A stretch of 64,000 bases of DNA from Oikopleura dioica (Eukaryota; Animalia; Chordata): contig OU015566.1 in the NCBI GenBank assembly GCA_907165135.1, forward strand, positions 9,362,001-9,426,000, given 5' to 3'. Positions 1 to 13,269 of this stretch are shown here, one piece after another (positions within the stretch are counted from its first letter, which is position 1; every line of letters starts with the position of its first letter). A program made the translations under genes and the position numbers. The notes beneath the pieces were generated by a model. That model was not told the origin of the DNA and did not search any database. It saw nothing but the letters and a program-made list of their open reading frames with translations.

Positions 1-1643
1 TTTTCTTTTGGAAAATAAATAACGAGAATCATCATTTTTGTAAAAAAAACCTTTCCAGGTTCTCTTTGAAGTGATCATCAATTCTTCGATAAGAACTCTG
101 TCCTGTCTGTTCCCGCTTACAATTACACTGTCTTCAAAGAGCGCGTCGGGTTCAAATCTCAAGTGCAAGTGCCGCACCCCTCGGTGTCAAATCATTATGT
201 CCTCGGCCATATGGCATCTCCGCGAATGGTGGTGGTGTGACCATGGCGCTGTCAGATCAAGCGCGGCGCGCAAACTGTACTTGGCCACAGTTTTTGACAT
301 TTGACAAAAGCCCGCTTGACAGAAACCCTTCTAATAATTCTGGATCGATTATTCCAGCCACTCCTAATTCACACCTTTCGGTAATTCGATTACGCTTTCA
401 AAGGATGTGCAGCGTTTGGGCACACTTAGATCTGTCACATGGTAATTTTAGTGCCCAATTCATATCGCAAGGCGTGACAATTGAATATTGAAAAGAGCGA
501 ATATAAAATAATCGGACAAGAGCCGATTAGATACGACTAAATAATTTAAAGAATTTCTCGACCTACAGTATGCAAATGTTAGTACGATTTCATCGATAGA
601 ATGGTTGTAAAAATTTTAGCAACGCTGCTTAATCAGCTTCGAAAACGATGCATTCTAAGATCTAATCCAGTGGAATAACTGTTTGGCTGCCCTGGTAGTT
701 TGGCAGTGGCGATCCAGGTAGTCCGTAAACCGTGTCATCGTAAAGGGGTCCGATTCCTGCTTCACTGAACCAAAGACCGGTGATCCACTCGGATCCAAAT
801 TGCCGGCCCTACGCCCATTACGTCTACTAGAGTTCGTATTAGAACCACTCTATACAGTATCAAAAATTAAATGACATTTTGTCCTTAGTAAGAACTTCTG
901 ACTAAGACTTCGGCTGTAAAAAAAGAACAAAAAATACCCCATTCCTTCCAACCTTATTTTTACGATTTTCACGAGCTCGGTGGACGAGTAAGGAGACAGT
1001 TACAAAAAGAAAATGTTAACCAGTCTTAAGAGCTTATGATTTTCAACGACAAGGTAGTTTTTTTCTCATCGTTCTTTTTCAGAACTCCGCTCAGCCCCGT
1101 AATAGTCCTTCACTGTCACCCGATCTTCTTTAGAAGACACGATCGTCAGTGACCAACACAGGACGGAGATTTCCTCGTTCGCTTATGTTTCCAGGCGATC
1201 TTAGTCGGGAAACAAGAAATCTCGCCTTCCTGGACCCTTCAGACTGGCTAGTACTGCAATCGCCGTGTACTTTGATGCTGAAAGCCTCTCTATTCATAAA
1301 AAATAGAGATATATTCAGCGAAATATAAAACCACTCACCAGCTGGACACGCTGCCGAGCGAACGAAAATTAATGAATCTAAAATGGCGAAAGAGAAGCTA
1401 TTTGTCATGATTCACGGTGCGATTTCGACTGTTCGAAATAATGACCAAATCATTTTTAAAAGCTATTCTTTTTACGATATCATCTCATGTTCTGCTTCGT
1501 CGTCAGAACCTTTTCGACCGGCGTTTTTTCGCTTATCACGTGACTAGATTCAGCAGGATGTGCTGGCTTTATTCGCCTATCGAGGGGATAGTTTTGATAG
1601 ACCCTTTGATGACCAGTGCAACAATTTTGATGGGACACAATCA

Positions 1644-2618
1644 CTAGCCAGTTTGCGCACGGTGCACTCTACGGCCGACCCCTACTCTGGGTGTCGAGAA
1701 TGAACCTTCTCCCTTGTGGAGGATGAGAATCTGGTCAATACCTGGTTGAGGAGAAGAAACTGACTGGTTTTCGCTGCCCGAAGGCGTCAGATCACTGGAA
1801 GAACCCGTTGAGTTGTCGGCCTTTTTCGCGTTTTCAGAAGAAGATCCACAGTTTCGTTTGTGCTTAAAATAAAGATTCAAGCCAAATCTTTTTGACCGAT
1901 TCTTACTGCTAGAAACTCAGCAAGTTCCGAAATGTAAAAACAGCCATTGCATGATCCACAGACGATTTTATCTTTTCCGATCGTCATCGACGGTTGAAGG
2001 CTTGTTTGTACTGGTGCTCCAGAACTGGTTCTAAATAGTTATAACTTGTAGGGTTATTTTATTACTCTACAGAAAAGTCAGTAATTTCATAGAATTTCTG
2101 GAACAAACATTCATTTATATGAAGAAATTACGATCGCCATCAGGCGGATATGAATAAGCTGACTCTGTGACAGTCGAAAATGACGCTTACAGAATTAAAC
2201 AACCATAAAATTTCTACATTTACTGTATTTACCCGGATTTCGGTAGTGCCACCATCGACAGCATTCGGGTTAAATCTTCGTCCGAACCAGATTTTTCGAA
2301 TTCTGAAATTCACGATAAGCAACTGTTCCCGAAATCATTCAACTCTTCCTCCTACCACACAAAAACTTTCTCTCATGACTTTCTCGGTGCTCCGCCAGAT
2401 TCATAAACCCACTTGTTTCTCCGCGCTCTTTATCAACAAGCGAGGAGAGCGCTAGAATCTTTAGAGAGAAATTGTGATTTCAGAATACGAAACTTTTGTC
2501 AACTGCAAGTTCAGAGGGGAGAGATTTTTTTTGTTTCCAGCTCGACGAGGTCATTGTTTGCGGATATTGCGGCTACAAAAAGCGACAATGAAGCGCAAAC
2601 ACCGCTCTTGGCGGCCAT
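1644..2618 (-). CDS. Hypothetical multi-exon gene containing a BCL11/ZNF296-type CCHC zinc-finger motif
   Basis: Removing a 44-nt GT-AG intron (1906-1863) joins IVCGSCNGCFYISELAEFLA to HKRNC, matching the CxxC...(F)...HK(R)xC pattern of the BCL11 N-terminal CCHC finger. Further open exons with GT/AG borders lie at ~2230-2620. Gene ends are not resolved. Confidence 0.35.
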
Positions 2619-5518
2619 GGTCAGACTCTGGCAAACAGAGCTCTAGGCACGCGGACAGTTCAATTCTTATGAGGGCTACAATTCTCATTTGAACATGTGT
2701 CCGTCAGACAATGGGTCACTGTGGAACGGCTTTTAAACGTGCAAAAGTCAAATTAAAAAGTTCTTTCAAGGAACTACAATTCTAGTCAACGCTGGAAATA
2801 CCTGTTTTTATTTGGAAATGCTTCTTATCTCTGGCTTTCTGATGGGGAAAAACGTTGATACGGGAAAATTATAATGATTATTTGTTGTTTAATGTTTTGT
2901 TTGTTTAATATGTATTCTGTGAAAGATTATTAAACATTGACCCTTCGTGAAGTCCAGAAGAAGATAGCCGCTCGGAGGAGGCGCCCTCGTTGCGAAACAT
3001 CGGCGATTCGACCTAATTTCGCCGCGCGAGCGCCACCTTGTTGGGTCCAGTAATGGGCCCAGTTCACCTGTTAGTTCTTGAATCATTTCACTATCATTTG
3101 GTAACACCGACAAAATTCACCATTATTACTCATATTCTAAAGTAAGGAATAGGCTCATTCATGTATTTTAAAGTTCCCAAATAAGACTATCTCTCTAAGG
3201 AAAGTTCCAGTTTCTAAGAAAAGTTTTTTCGAAAAAAAGACTTTTTCTGGGTGAGGATTAAACGTCATGAAAGTAGTTTAGCGTTTATCTCTATCATTTG
3301 AATATGAATTTTCTGATGATAATCCCTAATTATTTCGACTATAAAAATGCTGTTTCATGAGACGAGCTATTTTCTCCCATGAATAATAAATAAATCAGTC
3401 AAAAAGGAAAATTTATTCTTGCAAAAAATCCTGAAAGAAACAAATCCACTGTAAAATCGCAAGAGTGGACTCTAGCAGAAGACAGCTGCCCTCTCCAGCT
3501 AGATGGCCAGCTCAAATTTCAACCGAACGCCAAGGTGACACTGCTCTTTATATAAGGAGCGCTTGATTCGGTACTAAGTCACTTCTATCTCGCTGGCCAA
3601 GTTTTAAAGATAGATTTATGACATTAGGCTCGATGTGCACCGATGAGCGTCCCGGTTGAAAATTATGGGGGACGAAGATCGAAAAATTTCTTTCTGCGAT
3701 TTGATCCCCGTGAGCCGTTCGGATTTCAAGTCAGCTGAAAGGAATCAAGAAACAGTCCCAAAGCAGAAGCCCCTGCGAGGTCAATCGGCCACTTTAGGGA
3801 TCTACCAGCCCAGCTGGACAACAAAAACACCGCTCTCGCGAAAATCCGCGTAATTATGTATTTCACTGACGCCAGAGCTTATGCGCATGATTCGGGCGTA
3901 AATTGTAGAGTTAAGTATTTTCGGTTATTTTCTTTCATAAGAAATCGGTTGGTTTGGGCATAATGGTTGGGTAATTGAGCTTCAGGGTAAGGGTTGCTGA
4001 TGGATTCTTCAAAAAGACATAAATATTTAACATAAATCCGCATTTTTCTTGTAATATAACGGTATGTTAGCAGCTCATCAAGCCCTACCATAAAACATGT
4101 CATTTGCCGGCCAGAAGTTAAACAATTTTCTTGCGAAACTGAGATTTATTCTAACCGGCGATGTAACTTGAATGTCAAAATCAAAAAAACTGTTCCATCT
4201 TGTAATTATAAATTGTAAGCTAAAATTACATCTTCAGAAGTGTAAAGAATGATTCAAATTTTGTGTGGAATAAACGCCAGAATCGTAATGCTAGAAAAAT
4301 GGATTTCTAAAGAGCTAGTGGGATAGTTGTTCGAGTGATCCGACTGGCAAATCGTGCTTAGCCTGTCCAGCTGGCCGCTGAAAGCCGAAAATTAGGTGAA
4401 ATTCACGCCAACTCAAGCGGGTACGTACCGCCGGCATCAGAGTGCCGCTGACATTTCAATCTCTTCACCTTGGATTATTTTGCACGGGTCGGCACGTCAA
4501 ACTCCACAAACGTGAGGCAATCTTTTCACGTCTTCCCTCACAAAAATTTAAGAAAAAATGACCTCAAAAGTTTCCAAAGATAAAATTCTTGAGTGGTATA
4601 AATTCTTACCGCTGATTCTTCGAAAAATAGGTTTCTTCAAAACCCGTTTTTTAAAACTTCTCGACTGAGCTTCATCCATCTATCTATCTTGGTTTCTTTT
4701 TTTATCAATGGCCGAATCGACAGGATTTTCTGTTCTTTTGTGCTCGCTGTCGACATGGGCCGGTCTGAAAGTAGCCGATGTCGCAACACCAGACGTCTCC
4801 TCCCTTTAAAATGCCCTATTCCGCGCCATATTCATGTATATTTAGCGCCAACAATATTTTTTACATTTTGATCTCTTGAAATTGGCAAAAGGGGACTCAA
4901 GATTGAGTCACTAACTCGCGGCGGAATGGGCGACAGTTTCATGTCTACAGTCGGTAACCCGTTGCTTTAATTGAAGACTTATGATCACAATACTTTTGTC
5001 GATAACCCTTAGTTGATTTGGGTTCAGTTGAGTTCACTGTGTTCAAGCAACGACTTGAGCTCGCCAACGAAAATGAGCTTATTTTCTGACTATTTGTTTA
5101 TATTCTTCGAAATCACTGTAATGGTTGCCGTATAGCCATCGACATCCGGAGTCAGTAAGCTTCAATATCTCGTATCAACTCAGATAAACGAACCAGGCTG
5201 GCCTTCAGATAAAAACTCAACATCGACAGTGACAAATTTCCGTTTCGAAATAGAAATGACTGTTGATGGACGTTTTAATTGATATTGCGAGACTCAAAGC
5301 AAATGGAAAAACTTTCCATTTATTCCTATTCTTTGGACCATGAAGCATAATCCGGTAGTGAACCGACTTAGAAAAATCTAGATCTCACATTAGCAGATTT
5401 TGAAATTGAAAAAGACTTGCGCAAAATTATAAAAATTATAATCATGAGACAAATAATCCGGAAAATGATAGATTCAGAAAGAGAATGTCTGAATTGACGA
5501 AAATCTATTGAAACGGGC

Positions 5519-5664
5519 TCGGTCAGACTTGTCTGTCATACCGTGGGATCCCGCGCCGTAAAGAGCGGGCGATCCACAATCACTGATAGCAACCGGTTGA
5601 AGAAGGATCGAATTCATGTCTGCGCGGCCGCGCTCATTCAGATTCGCGTGTCAAGTCTGACCGA
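5519..5664. other. Compact multi-hairpin inverted-repeat element (candidate structured RNA or degenerate MITE)
   Basis: A perfect 13-bp inverted repeat (tcggtcagacttg / caagtctgaccga) encloses further hairpins: gtgggatcccgc..gcgggcgatccac, caaccggttg and gcgcggccgcgc. No TSD seen. Confidence 0.3.
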
Positions 5665-6977
5665 CAGTGGGAGACAAGATTGAGCATGGGAAGAAAGGAG
5701 TGGTATAAAAGACTACATTCTTACTTCAAAAATATCAGCAGGGGTTGAAATGATTCTTTTATTAGTAGAATCTACTCGGCAGATTCTCAACTGGGAACGA
5801 AAAATTACGTAACACGATTTATGTTGTGTAAGAATTACAAATTTATTCTAAAAAGGGATGATGATATAACCGACAAATAATTTATTGAGAAGCTCTTATT
5901 GAAAAAAATGAAAAGAAAATTAATCATGAAATCAAGGAAGAGTACATTAATCCCACGGTCGTAAAAAAGTCTGATCTCTTTCTTACCTTTTGAACTCATC
6001 GAAACAGTGCGGTTTCCATCTGCGCTCGCGTTGTTGTTCGCCTAAAATAGTATTCTTGAAGATGTTGGTCATTTTGGGCACTCTGAGAACAATTGCCAGT
6101 GGGCAGCCGTTCAGACGCGATCGCCAAAACAGGGGTCAGTGGCTAATGAGTCGAGTTTTTCTGCTGATCGGTGCAAAACTCGCTCTATTTGTTGCGCAAT
6201 CACAACTTACAACTCGCTGGACACATTTATGATGATCTGGGAATAGCCCGCGGGGCAGGTTGTGTCTGACCGCTTCGCCTAGGGCTAATTGCGCACTAAT
6301 TCATCTACAAGTACAAGCTCGAAATAAAGCCAGGATTGCCAAAAGTCTGAGAGTCCAATAATAACGCCGCAAGTAATCGCCAAATTTACAGTTTTTGCGC
6401 AGTGGGCGCTCTAAACCACTGACCAGGTAAAATTTTGATAGCAAAACTCTCAAATCATTTCCTCGGCAAACTCGACTTGGCATTTGACGTCAGAACGCAA
6501 ACGATGGAAGGGAAGGACATTTGCGAAGCCGTCTCGCCTTCACTGACCATGGCAAAGTCACTATCGAGTTCTGTCTTATTCCTCAGTATTTTAATTGTAA
6601 TCAAACAACCCAACGCGAACTCGCCAGATTTTATGCTGACAGAGGCAATCTCGGACAGCTACCAAGCGACTTCCTCTCTGACCACCATAAAACTAATAAC
6701 GTATTGTCTCTTTTATACAAATGCTGAATAAGACTCAATAAAATGATAAATGGATAGCTTAATTATCGTTACTTTGACCATCTTAATTTTTTTTTTGTTG
6801 AACTCGATAATATGTCATCGGTGACCGTAGAATTTCTGTAGTTTTTCTGTAATTAAGGGGTTTTTGATTAACTTATCATAATAAAAATTTTCTACACTTG
6901 ACATGGTTGGTTTCTGTTACAGTCATTTTATCACTACACCTATGATTTTCAAAATATAGAATTATATGTATCATTAA

Positions 6978-7640
6978 GGGGGAGGTGGTCGAAAATTAAG
7001 ATTTTTCAAACCAAGATTGAGAAAAAACCGAAAGGGACAAGAAACTCTAAATTTTCTAGGGTTAAAGATAAACGTTGAAAGAATGTGGGCGCGTGGAGAA
7101 AAAAAATTTTTTTTTTGAAAAAAACTGAGAAAAACTTTATGAAAGTGGACCCTACTTCAATCCAAGATTACGGGCAAAATAATTTTTTTTTTCAAAGATC
7201 AAACCTCATATGATGATAGAATAGACCCTTACGGATGTGGGCGCGTGGAGAAAAAATAGGGTTGCTATGATAATTAAGGTCGAAACGGCCGATTTAAAAA
7301 TGTCGTTTTTGCTAAAAATGGTCATTTTTCACTTATTTTAAATGAAGTTTTCCAAAAAATCGCCAATAACCCTAATTTTTTAGATATTTACAATTCTGAC
7401 CTGATAAAAAAACTATATCTTCCAATAAAAAATGAAGTTCTGTTGGTTTTAGTGCGAAAAAACAGTTTCTAAAATTCCGAAAAATCTCGACTTCGTGACC
7501 TAAAATCAAAAATTTTCAATGTTAAAGTTTATCCAATCAAAAAAAGCTGGAGACCAAAAATGCTTCTTTTTTAATGGAGAATTCAAAAAAATAATCAAAA
7601 TTTTGAAAATCGAAAAAAATTTTTTTCGACCACCTCCCCC
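6978..7640. mobile_element. Non-autonomous DNA transposon, TTAA TSD, GG termini (Kolobok-like)
   Basis: ttaa|gggggaggtggtcgaaaa ... ttttcgaccacctccccc|ttaa. Internal direct repeat tgtgggcgcgtggagaaaaaa at ~7084 and ~7237. No ORF. Confidence 0.85.
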
Positions 7641-9017
7641 TTAAACTGTTATGGTGTCTTAAAAACTCTTCTGATCTAAACTCTATTAGAAACCATACAG
7701 ATACTTAGTTGAGTATTTTATTTGACTTTATTTCTATTTACCTTCAGGTCGGCGAAAGAGTTCTAGTTTTTACAGTAGTTGCTCGTCTCTACGGGGTTCG
7801 TGGTGGCTCTCTCTGTGGCGCGTTGCCGTCCAAATAATATGTGGTCATTTTTAACGAGGAAGCAATGGTCAGCATAATTTTCATTTATTTTGCGCCATGA
7901 CATTGTACGGTCCAGCCAGTGGGCACACACAGCCGTTGGGCACACACACACATAGACACGCATGAACGCTAAGCTCGACCACGGCCAAATACCAGCACCG
8001 TGACCCTAACCGACCATCGCGCAAAGCAACACTTCCTTTGTTTAACCATCTCACGCAGGGGCGCACGCCCGAGGCGATTTATTCCTGTTCTAACTTGCTA
8101 CCTGATACTGCAAACAAGCAATCTGCAGGATCTCTAGTTATAGATTTTTCTGAAAGAAAAAATGTGGAAATAGTCTTTCGACTACGTAATTTTATTGTAC
8201 CATAAATGCCCAAGAACCGAATGAAAATGAAAGTAATCATTAAAAAAAAATAACACAATCGGTATTCTTTCATAAGCCCCATTTTCAAATTATTGGTGGA
8301 AAGCTTTCAATAAAAGGCGTTATTTTATACAAATACCCGTTTTATGATTCCTTTGAAGGAATTGTAACTTGTCGAGTGAAAGATTTCATTCAACTTCCTC
8401 AGCTCATAAATAATAATTATAAAAATTTACTCCAAACAAAGCAGATCTTTCTTCTGAGCGAGGCGCTAAGTGTGTGGTGGCTACTGGCCAGTTGAAAAGG
8501 CTGCTTGACCATGCTTAGAAAAAATGCTAAGCAAGTGTTGTTCGACAATTATGTACGTGACTGAGTGATCGCTGCGGTCAGCATCCCGGAAATGGCGATG
8601 CTGATCCTCTGCCTCATCTCTGACCTTTGCGAAGCCTGCTGAAGGGCAACAAGTCGAAGTTGCCGGACTTGAAATCCCCACAGATCTCCCTTGGCATATA
8701 GAAAGGAGTCTCTCAGACTGACATTTTCAGCCATTCAAGTTGAACTTCGAAACCTTCTAAGCCTTGACAAACTTTCAAAATTTCAATATAATTAAATTTT
8801 TTAATTATTATTTTCTCAATCATAAGTAAAACTTCATGAATTATTTATTAAAGGTATCAAATTGGCTTTCTCGTTGTTAAAACGATGAGAAATAGTCTGT
8901 TTCAAATGAAGAGTTTGATAATCTATCACTAACAAATTGATTATCGAGTTAAGTTATGATCAGTGTTATAAGAGCTGTGAATAAAAACGGGTCTTCCAGT
9001 GAAATAACAAACGATTA

Positions 9018-9209
9018 CAGAAAATAATCCTGGTCTGGGACGGTCAAAAATACGCCTGGTTTGGGACGGTCGGGCCATTTAAAGATCAAAGGCGCACGCC
9101 TGGGGGGTGCTTTTTAATATGAAAGTGGCGCTAGAGGCGAGAGCGAAAATAATCCTGGTTTGGGACGCTTTGGCTGATTAAGACCGTCCCAGACCAGGCG
9201 TATTTTCTG
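9018..9209. mobile_element. MITE, TA TSD, CAG termini (Tc1/mariner-like)
   Basis: ta|cagaaaata..cctggtctgggacggtc ... gaccgtcccagaccagg..tattttctg|ta. The TIR motif also occurs as internal copies. Confidence 0.8.
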
Positions 9210-9322
9210 TACCTGATGACATTTTGCTTCATAAAACTGTCGGTCGTTATTGACGACGTGTCCTTAAGGCTTCTAGGGTAGTTGATGACTGTTCAAGCAA
9301 TCTTACTCATTCTCACCATTAT

Positions 9323-10513
9323 TTGCAGGAAGAAACAAAGAGAAATAAAAGAGATTTCAAAATGCTAGAAGATATTCCCCTCGATTGCCAACTTAAAATT
9401 GCGGCTTTATTGTCGGCTGAAGATTTATATCAAGTCGTTAGCGTTGTTCCTCAATGGAGGATAACGATGCTCCACGCAAATACAGTCAGGAAAACAATCG
9501 GTAAGTGGAAATCGAAACATGGAAAGAATGACTTTTTATTCAAGAAAACGACCTTGAAAAACGCTCAACAATTTCCTCCACCCTCTTAAAATTCCTTGAT
9601 CGCCCGGATGTCAACCTAGAAGACTTTTTAAAAGCCTCAAAATATCAACCATCACCACCGAATTTACTCGCGAGAACCTACAATAGATTTCTTCTTACAT
9701 TCGTCAACCGTCCAAAGAAGATCATCATGTTCGGAAATGGGCTTGAAAACGGACTCGTAACTTTTTTGATGACAATGTGTAAGGAAATTGGCGTGAAGTT
9801 AGCACCAGAAATGACATCTGGAGAAACACGGGGAGGACTTATTGTTGAATTCAAAGAGAACCTATTCGACCTGAACGCTTTGTATCCTGCTACGAGGAAA
9901 TAGTCGTCAAAACAAATTAAGCTAGGTATATTTTTGTATAAGTATGAATTTAAATTAATATTTTCGAATATATTCGAAGATAATTTGACGAATTCGCATA
10001 ATTGAATCACAAGATTTCTGAGAACTCGGTTACATACCGGTATGTAAATGATGACTAGAAAACAGAGAAATTCGACAAAGGGATAGCGAAGTCAGTTTGA
10101 TAGACGATAATCATGAGTTAGTACTCCAAGCTGCTCGTCGATGCCGCGACGCATCAGCAGCTGTTTGTCTATTTTCTGCGACGAAGAAACCAAATAAAAA
10201 GGCGTTTCCAGAGCTCAAGGCAATTAGCGAAAGAATACCTCAAAATGCGAAGATCATTCTAGGAAAGGTCTGTCGATCTTATTCAATCTATTTAAATCTT
10301 ATCAATGATGACCGTAGAAAAGTTGAAATGACCTTCGATGATCAACCGGATCTTCTTCATTTGGGAAAACGAGCGACTAAAGAAGCGGATCTTGGAGACC
10401 GCGAATTCGAAATCATATCAATTCTTTGCGTGGAAGAAAGAAATGCATCAAATCAAAAAAGCATCAAATTCGATCTTAAATCCATCGCGTGCCTCTTTAA
10501 TAAACTTTTGTAA
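9323..10513 (+). CDS. FBXO4: F-box protein, FBXO4-like (spliced)
   Basis: F-box LEDIPLDCQLKIAALLSAEDLYQVVSVVPQWR. Downstream KIIMFGNGLENGLVTFLM and FDLNALYPATRK resemble the FBXO4 C-terminal domain (RFAMFGPGLE...FNILILYSTTRK). Start not certain. Confidence 0.65.
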
Positions 10514-10680
10514 AGTCGCGTTCTAGTAACAGCCACAGTCTTACACAGTGAGCCAATGAGCTAATCCGATAGATTGGCATTTTGCTCAGGTCCCTGTTGC
10601 GGCTTCTTCTTCGCCACTTTTGACCTTTTCTAGCTCGCGCTGACGTTTCTTTCCTCTGACTCCAGCAAAAATATAAAAAT

Positions 10681-12012
10681 ATGATTGAACTGAGGGTGTT
10701 TTTGATTTTTATTGTCTTTAAAGCTGCCAGAGGTACATCTTGTTCGGAAAATAAATTCGAAGCTGGACCAGATTGGAGAGAATTGACATCACCTTTTTGG
10801 TCTCAGCCAATTCATGGACAGCAACAATGCGAGTGGGAGCTGACTGCCCCAATGGGTCGTCGAGTCCAGCTTTCTTTTGAAACGTTGGCCCTAGCTGATA
10901 AGACTCCTGACGAATATGGGGATGGAACTTGCTTGTACCAGTCAGTTGATTTGATTGATGGACCAAGAGTCGCAGAGGATGACAATAATTATATTTCTTT
11001 CTGCGGACGACATACGCCATCTATTGACTTTGTTTCCGAAGGAGAAGGTAGAAATTGGAGTTGGATCTTGCTTAGTCCTGAATATTCAAGCAATATTTAT
11101 TACGGTTTATTATCGCAAGATAGCATAAGTTGTTGAAATCATTACCTGTCAGCCGGACTCTTTACGGTACAAATTTTCATATCCTTTCATCCGTATCAAT
11201 GACTTCCAGCCTTTCCTAGTCATGCGTGTTTACTTACGATCGGATGTCTCCACCGCTGCTTCAACTGGTGATGAAAAATACAAGCTCAAATTTCGTTTCA
11301 CTGAACAAGAAGGAAACATGGAAGAGTACCTCATTTATATAACGAGCCCAACTTATATAAATTAAGATACATGACTGGCACAGTAAGAACGCAAAAAGCA
11401 GGTTATCTGATGTTCCGGCCAATTCGACTTAGAAATGGATTGATGGCAAATAGAAATTCCATTCATCATGAAAATATCAACATTCTCTCTCATCAGTCAG
11501 AAGAAGATTATGATTACGATGAAGAAGATCCTGCAGAACGGACGGTCGACTCCATGGGCAGAGTCAGGATTGTCTTCGGAGTTTTCCATCTTCAAATTTT
11601 TTATCAATTTCTGAAGACAACGAAGATCTCGAGTTCGAATCGGAAAATATGACCCGAGCAAAGTCGTGAAACAATACCCAAGTATAGAAAATTCATTTTA
11701 CGTCAATTTCAAAGTAATTTTAAGCTCTTGAGCCACCGAAAGTCTATGAATCACCACCAGCACCAGAGCCAGAGCCTTCTGGAGGATTTTTAGCCTCGAT
11801 TGCTACCGGCTCACTTGCATTCATCATCTTCCTGGCTGTATTTTCAGTTTACTGTTTTCAGAAACATGGAAAGGACCCAAGGAATGGAGGTTGAAAGCAA
11901 ATATTGAGATTCAAAAATGAAGGTTTTTATTTTGAATCATTGAAAAAGCCAAAAAGCAGGAACGATGGTCTACTGCACGACAACGAAGAGATACATTTCT
12001 GTAGATTCTTGA
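10681..12012 (+). CDS. CUB-domain type I membrane protein (spliced)
   Basis: Signal peptide, then CUB motifs (LTSPFW..QQCEWELTAPMGRRVQLSFETL...C..DL.DG...FCG) and a hydrophobic TM segment (FLASIATGSLAFIIFLAVFSVYCF, ~11790-11860). The last exon is uncertain; an alternative stop lies at 11894. Confidence 0.75.
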
Positions 12013-12452
12013 GAGCTCAAAATAAATTCATATATCATTCATTAAGTTTGTCTCTGAGAAGAATGTTTATGTCTTGACCGCAATAATACTACGAGCTTGT
12101 TATTAGCGGCTGCTTGCGATCGTATGTAGTAGGAAAGAAGAAAATGATCTTATTATGAAATTATCAAGCTCTCGTTTCTCTAGGGCTGCGAGTGGGAATA
12201 TTTCAGAAGATCAGAAGTGTGGTGCATTTTCTAGTGTGGAATTGTCTTGGCTCTCTGACAAATGTCGGTACCTAGTATGCCCCGAGGTGTTCCCCCATTT
12301 TCCCGCGGTCACTGGTGGAGCAGCCACTTACCTTCCACCCCCAAAAAATAATCTACTCCTGATACCCAAAACACTAATCACAACAAAGATTTTTAACTAC
12401 TCGAGTGGATACATGGGTCACTTTTGGAAGAGATAATCGAAAATCGGCGAAG

Positions 12453-12997
12453 ATGGCGCGCGGGAAAATGGGCGGTAAGTGTCCAAAGAGGGATGAAAAA
12501 CCAGTGCACCAGAATTTCTTGCCGCGGGGTGATTCGATACCTTGCTTTCGTGGTGATTACCGAAAGCGCAAGTATGATGAATGATACTCTGCAATGAGTT
12601 TTTTTCAACAGATTTATCCGTGTTTCGAGTAAATTATGGGTTGAGAAATTAATTTTATATAAGAAGCAATATGCGTAAAGGTTTGTTTTGAGTCGAATAT
12701 GAGAATCTCCACGCTAGAAACCGAATGAAAACTATTAAAAACAGGATGAAATAATTTCGAAATCTAAAACTAACCAACACTTGACCTTTAAAAGACCTCC
12801 CGCGCAATGCTCATCATAAATTATGTAAATCAAGTGAATTTCTCTTTTCAGGCAAGTCGAAGAAAATCGGCCTTGCCGCAAAAGTCCGCGCCCGACTAGG
12901 CTACATTGTCATCACGCTATGCATCGGTCTCGTTTGTTTCTACATTGGGAGGGTTGAATTTCTCGCCGAAAAGCTTCAAGGAGCGTTTACCAAATAA
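12453..12997 (+). CDS. Two-exon ~55-aa single-pass membrane microprotein, or the N-terminal anchor exons of the downstream sulfotransferase
   Basis: ATGGCGCGCGGGAAAATGGGCG|gtaagt...ttttcag|GC... gives MARGKMGGKSKKIGLAAKVRARLGYIVITLCIGLVCFYIGRVEFLAEKLQGAFTK*. AATAAA overlaps the stop. Confidence 0.6.
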
Positions 12998-13269
12998 ACC
13001 AAGAGTAACTTTAATTAATAACCAAGAATCAAGAGTCTCTTGATACCGTCCTCTTTCCGAATCCTACTGCTATTTTTCGATCAAAATTTTCTTAGTTCGA
13101 CCATTCTAACTTGACAAAAGCTGACAAGATAAATAGCAATCTGATGACATAAGCTTTTCGTAGCTGTCCAAGAATAACTGATAACAGCCGGACATATTGA
13201 TAAGACGCAATCTCGGTTAAATAGAGTAGTTTGGTAAATTAAAAAAAAGAAGCGGAGAAAATCGGAAGA

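Noticed and set aside
5582-5605. Hammerhead ribozyme core (ctgatag-hairpin-gaa)
   Set aside because: The canonical CUGANGA...GAAA is not matched (A8/G9 swapped) and stems I/III with an NUH cleavage site were not found.
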